This document shows, piece by piece, positions 9,866 to 20,945 of a stretch of DNA of 64,000 nt. A model generated the notes under the pieces. That model was not told where the DNA came from and did not search any database. It saw nothing but the letters and a program-made list of their open reading frames with translations. The DNA comes from Octopus vulgaris (Eukaryota): assembly GCA_951406725.2 (NCBI GenBank), contig OX597840.1, positions 24,614,001 to 24,678,000 on the forward strand, in the 5' to 3' direction. Positions within the stretch are counted from its first letter, which is position 1. Every line of letters starts with the position of its first letter. Both the position numbers and the translations under genes were made by a program.

Positions 9866-10529
9866 CTCTTCAAGAAAAATTTAATGAATCCTTCAAGTTT
9901 ACGCGTCAATAACTTTTCAAAAATATTTCTCCTCTCACAAAAATATATGGATATTTTGCTTCTTTTTGCTTTAATAGTTAATTCCAAACAAATATCACTT
10001 TTCTTATATTTCTTCTGAATGTGATCAATGCCAATATTTAAAAATGTCGCAAATACTCTTTGGAAATCCATCAAAGTATATTTAAAAGAGAAAATTATCT
10101 CTTGCACATTTCAGACACAGAAGTAAAGAAATGCTTTCTCTCTCAGAGGAAATATTTTACTGTAACTCAGCAATGTTTTATAGAAGCAGGATTATACGTT
10201 TGTAGAATATCTTTGCAGAGTCTTTCAAACATGATACATATTGATGATTCTTTAAAAGTAAAAAATACTTTTTAGCCAATTTCATGTGATTTTCTGAAAG
10301 AATAGAAAAAATAATATAAGACACAGAATATATTTTAAATAATCTGAATATTGTTTCTGAAAATTATCTCCATTCACTTTGTGCATAGAAAAGATAAATT
10401 TGCTGCTTCAATTCTCCAGAATTACATTTGTTAAAGGACTTATACACATAAACATCAATCCTTAACCATCAGAAAGATTAGAAATACAGCCAAAATTTAA
10501 AATATCTAGGTGAAATGAAATAGGATCAT

Positions 10530-10915
10530 GGAAAGCCATCCGAACGTGGCCGTTGCCAGCGCCGCTCCGGTGGCACGTAAAAAGCACCATCCGATTGTAG
10601 CCATTACCAGCCTTGTTTGGACCCCGTGCCGGTGGCCGTTTGAGAGCCTCGACTGGCACCTGTGCAGGTGGCATGTAAAAAGCACCATCCGATTGTGGCC
10701 GTTTGCCAGCCTCGTCTGGCACCTGTGCAGGTGGCACATAAAAAGCACCCACAACACTCACGGAGTGGTTGGCATTAGGAAGGGCATCCAGCTGTAGAAA
10801 CACTGACCGATCAGACTGGGCCTGGCGCAGCCTTCAGGTTTCCCAGACCCCAGTTGAACTGTCCAACCCATGCTAGCATGGAAAACGGACGTTAAACGAT
10901 GATGATGATGATGAC
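10530..10915 (+). mobile_element. GAT-tailed retroposon 3' portion (family E) with internal ~55-bp subrepeats
   Basis: ggcacgtaaaaagcacc subrepeats, a ggttggcattaggaagggcatccagc core and a cggacgttaaac(gat)n tail; many copies in the window. Confidence 0.75.
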
Positions 10916-11279
10916 ACATGATATGAAATTAACGAAATGTAACTAATTCTTAAAACTCAACATAGAATATTCTTTATAGCTCCTTCATTAATTTGCTGGG
11001 GTGGCTGTCTTCGAGATATATTTATTCACCATGCAGTTAAAGGATAGAAATTATTGATATTAGTCTTTACTCATTTTGTACCAGTTTAGACATATTTTCA
11101 AAACTGAAAATTATCAAATTAGACTTTATCGTAGGAAGAAATTGACTTGAAATCCAACAGAGAAAGCAATTTCAATTGTTAATCACCAAAAATTATCCAG
11201 AGATTTTTATTGGCAATCTCAATTACAATTGGGTGAAAGTTGAGGAAAAGCTTTTGGAAAAAAGGAAAGGACATTTATA

Positions 11280-12220
11280 GGCGTAGAAGTGGCTGTGTGG
11301 TAAGTAGCTTGCTTACGAACCACGTGGTTCCGGGTTCAGTCCCACTGCGTGGCACCTTGGGCAAGTGTCTTCTACTATAGCTCCGGGCCAACCAAAGCCT
11401 TGTGAGTGGATTTGGTAGACGGAAACTGAAAGAAGCCCGTCGTATATATATAAATATATAGGTGCAGGAGTGGCTGTGTGGTAAGTAGCTTGCTTACGAA
11501 CCACGTGGTTCCGGGTTCAGTCCCACTGCGTGGCACCTTGGGCAAGTGTCTTCTACTATAGCTCCGGGCCAACCAAAGCCTTGTGAGTGGATTTGGTAGA
11601 CGGAAACTGAAAGAAGCCTGTCGTATATATATAAATAGGCGTAGGAGAGGCTGTGTGGTAAGTAGTAGCTTGCTTACGAACCACATAGTTCTGGGTTCAG
11701 TCCCACTGCGTGGCACCTTGGGCAAGTGTCTTCTACTATAGCTCCGGGCCAACCAAAGCCTTGTGAGTGGATTTGGTAGACGGAAACTGAAAGAAGCCCG
11801 TCGTATATATATAAATATATAGGTGCAGGAGTGGCTGTGTGGTAAGTAGCTTGCTTACGAACCACGTGGTTCCGGGTTCAGTCCCACTGCGTGGCACCTT
11901 GGGCAAGTGTCTTCTACTATAGCTTCGGGCCAACCAAAGCCTTGTGAGTGGATTTGGTAGACGGAAACTGAAAGAATCCCGTCGTATATATGTATATATA
12001 TATATATATGCGTGTGTGTATTTGTGTGTCCCCCTAGCATTGCTTGTCAACCGATGCTGGTGTGTTTATGTCCCCCGTTACTTAGCGGTTCGGCAAAAGA
12101 GACCAATAGAATAAGTACTGGGCTTACAAAAGAATAAGTCCCGGGGTCGAGTTGCTCGATTAAAGGCGGTGCTCCAGCATGGCCGCAGTTAAATGACTGA
12201 AACAAGTAAAAGAGTATATG

Positions 12221-12272
<52 letters not shown>

Positions 12273-12465
12273 TGTGTTTGTCCCCCTAGCATTGCTTGAC
12301 AACCGATGCTGGTGTGTTTACATCCCCGTCACTTAGCGGTTCGGCAAAAGAGACCAATAGAATAGGTAGTAGGCTTACAAAGAATAAGTCCTGGGGTCGA
12401 TTTGCTCGACTAAAGGTGGTGCTCCAGCATGGCCACAGTCAAATGACTGAAACAAGTAAAAGACA
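11280..12465 (+). repeat. Family A SINE concatemer (four ~180-bp heads, then two tails)
   Basis: Heads start at ~11280, 11461, 11638 and 11822, each joined at gtcgtatatata; the tail is duplicated at ~12030 and ~12280. Confidence 0.85.
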
Positions 12466-12559
12466 GACCAAAGCTGTCCGAGTTTTCGACCAACAATTAT
12501 TCTGAAATTTAGTTCCTGGACACTTCTAGAAATGTCCAAAAGTAGATTCTCTCTCTCTC

Positions 12560-12925
12560 TTTTACATGTTTCAGTCATTTGACTGCGGCCATGCTGGAGC
12601 ACCGCCTTTAGTCGAGAAAATCGACCCCAACACTTCTTCTTTTGTAAGCCCAGTACTTATTCTATCGGTCTCTTTTTGCCGAACTGCTAAGTGACGGGGG
12701 CGTAAACACACCAGCATCGGTTGTCAAGCAATGCTAGGGGAACAAATACACACACATACATACGACAGGCTTCTTTCAGTTTCCGTCTACCAATCCACTC
12801 ACAAGGCATTGGTCGGCCCGAGGCTATAGCAGAAGACACTTGCCAAAGATGCCACGCAGTGGGACTGAACCTGGAACCATGTGGTTGGTAAGCAAGCTAC
12901 TTACCACACAGCCACTCCTGCGCCT
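12560..12925 (-). mobile_element. Family A SINE, inverted relative to the preceding array
   Basis: Reverse-complement match to family A. Confidence 0.85.
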
Positions 12926-13475
12926 ATAATTATAAAACTTCCGATATTTTTTCAGTGACATTTAAACTGTAAACGGAGGCTTTGGTCACTCACATCTGCA
13001 TGCCTCGTAGTGTTGAATTATTTTTCACACTCATTAAATAGACATTGCATTAGCCATATTCTCCATCATGACCTTAAGTCATTTACCTAAATTCTTCTTA
13101 AAGTGGTTTGAAGAATTAAAGAAATTTAACACTTGTCATTCGTCTCGACGAATAAATTCTTAGAGGAAAAGAAATTAGAATAAACTTAAGCCTTCTCAAA
13201 GTTTTAAGTAGACCAAGGGAGAGCACTTCTGTAACATTTCTACTTCAACTATTGAAATTGAATTTGGTTTGCAAGATTCTTTATATGAGTTCGTGTGTTG
13301 AAGCATATTCTGTTGTGTCTGGGGAGAGTCATTCTCTTTTTGTGCCTTATTATTTAACACACTCACCGGTAAAATTTCCACTTATTTCTTATTTTTATTT
13401 TCTAAAATTTTCGTTGTGTCTTGCAACCTTTTCAAGAGTCAAGACTATTGAAAAGGTTGCAAGACGCAACGAAAA

Positions 13476-13898
13476 GGCGATCTTTCGTCTCTAGTAGACC
13501 TTTCCGTCGATTTCCGTAAAAAAAATGTTTTTTTTTTACATATGGGCTTGCGGGAACTTTTGAAGTAATATACATACATATACACATACACCGAGTAAAA
13601 AATTTCAGTTATCTCTTTCTTTCACACATTACTCTGTCTCTTCACACACACTAACAGAAGCACTTCACTTACACAACATACTGTCTGTCTCCCACACCCC
13701 ATCAAACACACACCCACACATGTACATCAATGCTTCACATGCACGGTAACTTCAAAAGAACTTCCCTCGTCATACAATCGCTTTCTCTTAGTCTCTTTCG
13801 CTCTCATTACTTTAAAAGTTCCCGCAAGCCCATATGTAAAAAAAAAAATTTTTTTTACGGAAATCGACGGAAAGGTCTACTTGAGACGAAAGATTTCC
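13476..13898. mobile_element. Merlin-type MITE (GGCGATC family), longer copy
   Basis: ~90-bp TIRs ggcgatctttcgtctctagtagacctttccgtcg..., the same as at 22115-22397; no TSD here. Confidence 0.85.
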
Positions 13899-14162
13899 CA
13901 AAGGCGATGTTCGCCAGGGTCAGATATGTATGCATGTAGAGGTCTATGTGTAAGGCTGAACAAGGAATTAAAAAGAATAAAAAAAGGTTTTAAGGAACTT
14001 GCCAACCAAATAGTTTTACTTTTCCGGGACCAAAAACGAAGGATTGCCATTTTTATTTGTTGTATTGTCAAAAATCAATCCTCCTGTTAATTAATATTAA
14101 TTAACAAAGTAACCACAGATACTTTCTGAATTAATATTGCTACGTAGTTATTTAGTAATCCA

Positions 14163-14740
14163 AGGCGGCTAGGAGCTGGCAGAAACTTTAGCACGGCCGG
14201 GCGAAATGCGTAGCCGTATTTCGTCTGCCCTTTACGTTCTGAGTTCAAATTCCGCCGAGGTCGACTTTGCCTTTCATCCTTTCGGGGTGGATAAATTAAG
14301 TATCAGTTACGTACTGGGGTCGATATAATCTACTTAACCCGTTCGTTTGTCCTTGTTTGTCCCCTCTGTGTGTGTAGCAAAGAAATAGGTATTTCGTCTG
14401 CCGTTATGTTGAGTTCAAATTCCGCCGAGGTCGACTTTGCCTTTCATCCTTTCGGGGTCGATAAATTAAGTACCTGTTACGCACTGGGGTCGATAGAATC
14501 TACTTAATCTGTTCGTCCTCTCTGTGTTTAGCCCCTTGTGGGTAATCAAGAAATAGGTATTTCGTCGGCCCTTTACGTTCTGAGTTCAAATTCCGCCGAG
14601 GTCTACTTTGCCTTTCATCCTCTAGGGGTCGATAAATTAAGTACCAGTTACGTACTGTGGTCGATAGAATCTACTTAATTCGTTCGTCTGTCCTTGTTTG
14701 TCCCCTCTATGTTTAGCCCCTTGTGGGCAATAAAGAAATA
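14163..14740 (+). repeat. Family B SINE trimer (one head plus two headless units)
   Basis: Junctions aagaaatag|gtatttcg at ~14388 and ~14556. Confidence 0.85.
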
Positions 14741-15775
14741 TATTTTGTAATCCATATCAATTGCACCACTGTTTCCTTTGTAGTGGTTAAGTGTGTATGT
14801 AAACCGATTCATAATTGAAAAGAATTTACTTACAGGGTTTGATTCGTTATGGGTACACTACATACAAAATACATTTGTGGGTGTCATATCAGGAATTAAT
14901 ATGTTGGTGTGTGTGCGTTGTTCATTTGATACAGTAGTCGATCGGTCTCTGCCAAAACCTTCTGTAGGTGGACTGTCTCGTCTGTCTGCCTGCCTCTGCT
15001 GTTTGTACCTAAATAGGTCGGCGCTTGTCCAGCTGAACTTCACATGACCTGCTGAGGTCGCAGGTCAAAGACAGACGATCAATCAATTTTTGTCAGGACA
15101 AAGCAAACCTTTTTTCGCGCCCATTAATCGTCGGCGGAATCGTTAGCACGCCGGGCGAAATGCGTAGCCGTATTTCGGCTGTCGTTACGTTGTGAGTTCA
15201 AATTCCGCCAAGGTCGACTTTGCCTTTCATCCTTTCCGTAAATTAAGTACCAGGGATCTTTTTGCTGAACCCCGGGGTCGTAAACACAACAGCATCGGTT
15301 GTCAAGCGATGTTGTGGGGACAAACACAGACATAACACATGCATACATATATACGACGGGCTTCTTTCAGTTTCCATTTACCAAATCCACTCACAAGGCT
15401 TTGGTTGGCCCGAGGCTATAGTAGAAGACACTTGATCAAGGTACCACGCAGTGGGACAGAACCCAGAACCATGTGGTTCGTAAGCAAGCTACTTACCACA
15501 GCCACTCCTACGCATATATTCACATTTTCCAAGATAAATTCACGATTTTCTTACTACACGAACACTTTATATTAATTTATTCACTCTTCTCTACACTTCT
15601 TTCGCAGTTTATCTATGATTTTTTTCTTCTGGTAAAATATATACTAAAAGCACGGCGCATTTTCGATGAAATTGGGGAGTGTATGAAATTATCTTGGGTT
15701 ATGCGAAACCCCGAAACGAAAACAAAATATCGTTCATAATTTCTGTTTGATTTTATAAATAATATGAATTTTTAA

Positions 15776-16008
15776 TACTTAAGAAGAGTGGTCTCGGTGC
15801 GCGCACTCGCGCAAGCTAGTCGATCCTACGACTACCTGGCAAAGTAAATAAAACACTAAATAAATAATTTTTTAAAAACAAAGTAAATAAAACACACAAA
15901 CACAAGGTAAATAATTAAAAAAAAAAAAAATACAAAAACACAAAGGATCGACTAGCTAGTGCGGGTGCACGAGTGCGCGCACCGGGACCACTCTTCTTAA
16001 GTAGTACC
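15776..16008. mobile_element. Merlin-type MITE (GGTAC family), left tip eroded
   Basis: tacttaagaagagtggtctcggtgcgcgcactcg pairs with cgagtgcgcgcaccgggaccactcttcttaagtagtacc. Confidence 0.8.
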
Positions 16009-16284
16009 TGTTTTTTCTTTTTTTAATTAAAGTTAGCAAAATATTGATTTCAAATGTCGGCAAAGGCTCACAATTTTGAGGGAGAGGTGAGTCAATTACA
16101 CACCCCCATCTGTGTTCAACTTATTTTATTGATTCCGAAAGGAAAAAGTTGAACTTGGCGGGATTTGAAATCAAATCATAAACACAGACGGAATATTGCT
16201 GAGTATTTTTGCCCAGCATGCGAACGATTCTGCCAGTTCGCTACCTTAAAGTTATCTAAATATTATATTACATTTTTATAACAG

Positions 16285-16350
16285 ACTTACCGCATGATCT
16301 TCACGTCTGCTTCCTTAAATTCTGGTCTCGCTGCATCGACGTAGCGATAC
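16285..16350 (-). promoter_or_regulatory. Candidate non-coding first exon and donor for ZNF-1
   Basis: CpG-rich unique stretch ending in a consensus donor GCG|GTAAGT (intron starts at 16290). Its link to ZNF-1 is an inference. Confidence 0.35.
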
Positions 16351-16353
16351 GGA

Positions 16354-16558
16354 GGGGAGGTAAATCTAGTTTTACCAAAACTACTGTTAAGGACATAAGG
16401 GGCCACACGATAGCGCCTGTTTTTAATCAGATGTTTTTTTTTATAGTGCACCACTCGTTAGGGTTAGGGTTAGGGTCACACAGAAAACGGGGGGGGGGGT
16501 ACAGATTTCTTCCGCCCACTTACACAAGGGCCGCTTGGTAAAACTAGAGTACCTCCCC
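16354..16558. mobile_element. Small TIR element containing (TTAGGG)3
   Basis: ggggaggta..tctagttttaccaa pairs with ttggtaaaactagagtacctcccc; no TSD found. Confidence 0.6.
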
Positions 16559-16653
16559 TTTAGATGCGTCGGGACCTCTGTATATATAAAAAGTACCAAA
16601 ACTACTAATGGTTCTAAAAATAAAATGAGATCACATCAGGCTCAGGGAGGTCA

Positions 16654-16684
<31 letters not shown>

Positions 16685-16689
16685 GCATT

Positions 16690-16843
16690 GGCTGTGTGGT
16701 AAGTAGCTTGTTTACCAACTGCATGGTTCCAAGTTCAGTCCCACTGCGTGGCACCTTGGGCAAGTGCCTTCTACTATAGCCTCGGGCCGACCAAAGCCTT
16801 GTGAGTGGATTTGGTAGATGGAAACTGAAAGAAGCCCGTCGTA

Positions 16844-16880
<37 letters not shown>

Positions 16881-17629
16881 CTCTTATTATAATATATATA
16901 TATATGTGTGTGTGTGTATGTCCCCCTAGCATTGCTTGACAACCGATGCTGGTGTGTTTACGTCCCCGTCACTTAGTGGTTCGGCAAAAGAGACCGATAG
17001 AATAAGTACTGGGCTTACAAAGAATAAGTCCCGGGGTCAAGTTGCTTGATTACAGGCGGTGCTCCAGCATGGCCGCAGTCAAATGACTGAAACAAGAAAA
17101 AGAGTAAAAGAGAGTATATATATATATATATGTAGATACACATACATATCTATCTATATATATATATATTTTTTTTTCTTGGGACCATAAGTTACTAAAG
17201 ATATCACAATGATATCTTTCCTGTACAAATGTGTTTGTGTTTAGATAAGTGACAATTTTCAGAGAATGATTTTATGCGTGTATATACTGTATATACTTGT
17301 GGATAGGTCACACCCTTAGTTTGGGATTATCGAAGTAGGTATTTGTAGTTTACTTACAGATAGGTTGTAGTATAATCTGGGGTATTACTCGGCCCTTTTT
17401 TTAACATAAATATAACTAATATTTGTTAAGTATTATCAAATACTCTTTTACTTGTTTCAGTCATGTGACTGCGGCCATGCTGGAGCACCGCCTCTAGTCG
17501 AGAAAATCGACCCCGGGACTTATTCTTTGTAAGCCCAGTACTTATTCTATTGGTCTCTTTTGCCAAACCGCTAAGTGACGGGGACGTAAACACACCAGCA
17601 TCGGTTGTCAAGCAATGTTAGGGGGACAA

Positions 17630-17661
<32 letters not shown>

Positions 17662-17831
17662 ATATATACGACAGGCTTCTTTCAGTTTCCGTCTACCAAA
17701 TCCACTCATAAGGCTTTGGTCAGCCCGAGGCTATAGTAGAAGACACTTGCCCAAGGTGCCATGCAGTGGGACTGAACCCGGAACCATATGGTTGGTGAGC
17801 AAGCTACATACCACACAGCCACTCCTACGCC
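16690..17831. mobile_element. Inverted pair of family A SINEs (16690-17113 +, 17443-17831 -)
   Basis: Two near-full copies arranged tail-to-tail, ~330 bp apart. Confidence 0.85.
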
Positions 17832-18355
17832 TATATATATATATATATTGCAAGTTATGGATGATTCTTTTATGACTTCATTGCTTTCAGGCTTAGCTTA
17901 AGGTATTTTCGCACCTGACAGGACAAAATGCGTCTGAATAAACATTGCATGACAGCAAAATAGAGACTCGGACATTGCTTAGAAAGTATTTTTCATTTTT
18001 AACCTCGTATATAGTACGCACTAGGGATTTTGACCGATAAATTTTGGGAAAAAAAGTGTGGATTATACTTGAGGATTTATGGTACAAGGTTTTGAAAAAA
18101 TAAGTACTGAGGCTGATTTGTTTGATTAAACCCTGCAAAGTGGTGGCCCCAGCAAGGCTGCAGTCCAATGACTGAAACAAGTAAAAAAATAAGAGAAAAA
18201 TGCAAATATTTTATCACAAATTTTTACATAAATTTCTCGGTAATTCATTCTTTCTGCTTCCATTTCTAGAGAATTCTTCAAACAAACCATTTCAGTATTG
18301 TCTCCATTGTGTGTTTGTTCTAATTAAAATGACACACAAATGATTCCCCACAGAT

Positions 18356-20860
18356 TCAACAATTAGGTTTTTCACCTGTGTGTCTTCGTTTATGTTTATT
18401 TAAGTCACTTTTACAGGTAAATGATTTCTCACAGGTGTCACAATGATACGGCCTTTCTCCAGTGTGACTACGGACATGAACAATAAGATCGGAATTATCG
18501 AAGAATGATTTTCCACAGATTTCACAGTGGAATGTCTTTTCTCCTCCATGTTCCCGTTTGTGTCTTTTTAAATTATAATCATTAAAGTAAGACTTGCCAC
18601 ATGTTTCACAATGGAAGGCTTTTTCCCCCATGTGTTGTAGTTTGTGTCTTCTTAAACTACTGCTACGGAAGAAAGATTTCCTACATGTGTCACAATGATA
18701 AGGCTTTTCCCCAGTGTGACTACAAATGTGGGCAATAAGACTACAATTATCAAAGAAAGATTTCCCACATGTGTCACAGTGAAATGTTTTTTCTCCCACA
18801 TGAATTCTTTTGTGTCGTTTTAAATTACAATTATTGAAATAAGATTTTCCGCATTCTGCACAGTGGAATTTTTTTTTCTCACTGTGTATAATTTTGTGTC
18901 TGGTTAAATTGCTGTCAGAGGAGAAATATTTCTCACATACGACACAAAAGAACGGTTTTTCCCCCGTATGCACCCTTTTATGACTTTTTAAAGAACTCTT
19001 GGTGACAAACGACATTCCACAGATTTCACACTGAAATCGTTTTTCTCCAGAGTGAATTCTTTTGTGTTTAACAAAACGAAACTTCACCAAGAAAGATTTC
19101 CTGCATATTTCACAATTATAAGGTCTTTCGTCACAGTGTATCCGTTTGTGAATTCTGAGAGAGTAACTGCTGGCAACCGACTTTCCGCAGATTTCACAGT
19201 GAAACGTTTTTCCACCATCATGTTCCTTCCTGTGTCTTTTTAAATCACAATTATCAAAGCAAGACTTTCCACATATTTCACAACGGAAGGCCTTTTCCCT
19301 AATGTGTTGTTGTCTGTGTCTTTTTAAATTACTGTTACAAGAGAAAGATTTCTCACAGATGTCGCAATAATAAGGTTTTTCTCCAGTGTGACTACGAATA
19401 TGAGCCGTAAGACTACAATTATCAAAGAAAGATTTCCCGCAAATTTCACAATGAAATGTTTTTTCTCCATCATGTTTTATTTTGTGTCTTTTCAAATCGC
19501 AATTATTAAAATAAGATTTACCACATAATTCACAATGGAATTCTCTTTTCCCAACGTGTATTATTTTGTGCCTGGTTAAATTACTGTTTGAGGAGAAATA
19601 TTTCTCGCATACATCACAAAAGAACGGTTTTTCCCCCGTGTGGACTCGTTTGTGACTTGTTAAAGAACTCTTATCCACAAACGACATTCCACAGATCTCA
19701 CAGTGGAATTGTTTTTCCCCAGTATGAATCCTCTTGTGTTTAATGAGATGGAACTTCACCAGGAAAGATTTCCCGCATATCTCACAACCATAAGGTCTTT
19801 CATTAGAGTGTATCCTTCTATGGACCCCAAGAGAATAACTAGTAGTAAATGACTTTTCGCAGATCCCACAGTGGAATGGCTTCTCTCCGGTATGAACTCT
19901 TTTGTGGGTTGTTAAATGATTTTTAGATATGAAAGATTTATGACAGATTTCACAACAATAGGGGTTGTCCCTTGAGTGAATTTTCTTGTGTTTTGTAAAA
20001 TAATTTTTATTAACAAATGATTTCCGACATATTTTACAACGGAATGGTTTCTCCCCAGAGTGTAGACTCTTGTGATTCGTTAAGCAATTAAGAACAGCAA
20101 ATTCTTTCCCACATGTCTCACAACGGTAAGGTTTCTCTCCAGAATGAATTCGTTTGTGCTTCATTAAATAGTTATTACTGACAAATGATTTCTCACATAT
20201 CTTACAATGGAAAGGTCTTTCTCCAGAGTGAATCCGTTTATGATTCGTTAAAGAACAATTAATGGCGAAAGACTTCCCACAAATATCACAATGGTAAGGT
20301 TTCTCCCCAGTATGAACTTTTTTATGCCTTGTTAAATGACTTTTAGCAACAAAAGACTTATTACAAATTTCACAACAGTAAAGCCTGTCTTCAGTGTGAA
20401 ATCTTTTGTGGTTCGTAAAATAACTTTTATCGACAAAAGATTTTCCGCATATATCACAGTGGTAACGTTTTCCCCTATTATGAATCCTTTTGTGAGTTGT
20501 TAAACAGCTAAGAATTGCAAAGGGTTTCCCACAGACATCACAATGATAAGGTTTTTCGCCAGTGTGACTACGGATGTGGACAACAAGCTGAACGTTCTTT
20601 GCATACGATTTCCCACAGACTTCACAATGAAATGGTTTTCCTTCTGTGTGTAGTTTTTTGTGATTTGCTAAACACCTATTACTGGAAAATGACTTTCGAC
20701 ATATCTTACAATTAATATTTTTCTCTGATGACTTTTCTTTATGAGATAAAGGTTTCTTACCATAAGATAAAGCTTCCTCACCACTGGATGTCTGTTTAAC
20801 AGAATCTATATTCTCAGAAACAGTTGTGTTGGAAGTGTCTGAGTGATTACCATCCTCCAT
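18356..20860 (-). CDS. C2H2 zinc-finger protein ZNF-2 (834 aa, 28 fingers; MEDGNHSDTS subfamily)
   Basis: 28 canonical fingers counted. The ATG at 20860 aligns with the paralog starts; the ORF-track start at 20920 is TTG. Predicted acceptor at 21516/21515. Confidence 0.95.
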   Translation of the reverse strand: MEDGNHSDTSNTTVSENIDSVKQTSSGEEALSYGKKPLSHKEKSSEKNINCKICRKSFSSNRCLANHKKLHTEGKPFHCEVCGKSYAKNVQLVVHIRSHTGEKPYHCDVCGKPFAILSCLTTHKRIHNRGKRYHCDICGKSFVDKSYFTNHKRFHTEDRLYCCEICNKSFVAKSHLTRHKKVHTGEKPYHCDICGKSFAINCSLTNHKRIHSGERPFHCKICEKSFVSNNYLMKHKRIHSGEKPYRCETCGKEFAVLNCLTNHKSLHSGEKPFRCKICRKSFVNKNYFTKHKKIHSRDNPYCCEICHKSFISKNHLTTHKRVHTGEKPFHCGICEKSFTTSYSLGVHRRIHSNERPYGCEICGKSFLVKFHLIKHKRIHTGEKQFHCEICGMSFVDKSSLTSHKRVHTGEKPFFCDVCEKYFSSNSNLTRHKIIHVGKREFHCELCGKSYFNNCDLKRHKIKHDGEKTFHCEICGKSFFDNCSLTAHIRSHTGEKPYYCDICEKSFSCNSNLKRHRQQHIREKAFRCEICGKSCFDNCDLKRHRKEHDGGKTFHCEICGKSVASSYSLRIHKRIHCDERPYNCEICRKSFLVKFRFVKHKRIHSGEKRFQCEICGMSFVTKSSLKSHKRVHTGEKPFFCVVCEKYFSSDSNLTRHKIIHSEKKKFHCAECGKSYFNNCNLKRHKRIHVGEKTFHCDTCGKSFFDNCSLIAHICSHTGEKPYHCDTCRKSFFRSSSLRRHKLQHMGEKAFHCETCGKSYFNDYNLKRHKREHGGEKTFHCEICGKSFFDNSDLIVHVRSHTGERPYHCDTCEKSFTCKSDLNKHKRRHTGEKPNC

Positions 20861-20945
20861 ATTAACCCTGAAGAAATCTCTCAAAACTGATGTCTGTGGA
20901 TATACTCTATAATGGTTCAATTTCCTGTCTTATGATATCCATCTC

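Noticed and set aside
9805-10107. 100-aa ORF upstream of ZNF-1 as an effector domain
   Set aside because: It has a non-ATG start, is in a different frame from the ZNF, is AT-rich and shows no recognisable domain; treated as 5' UTR.
11280-11990. Regularly spaced repeats resembling a CRISPR array
   Set aside because: The units are ~180-bp whole SINE heads with no unique spacers and no cas genes, in eukaryotic context.
11313-12602. Recurrent short ORFs such as RQASFSFRLPNPLTRLW, FQSFDCGHAGAPP and KDERQSRPRRNLNSE
   Set aside because: Chance frames through non-coding SINE copies; they recur only because the SINEs do.
16459-16476. (TTAGGG)3 as a telomere or fusion relic
   Set aside because: It is too short and lies inside a TIR element.
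20861-20920. 20-aa N-terminal extension of ZNF-2 in the ORF track
   Set aside because: It starts at TTG; the paralogs begin at the MEDGN ATG and do not keep this frame open.
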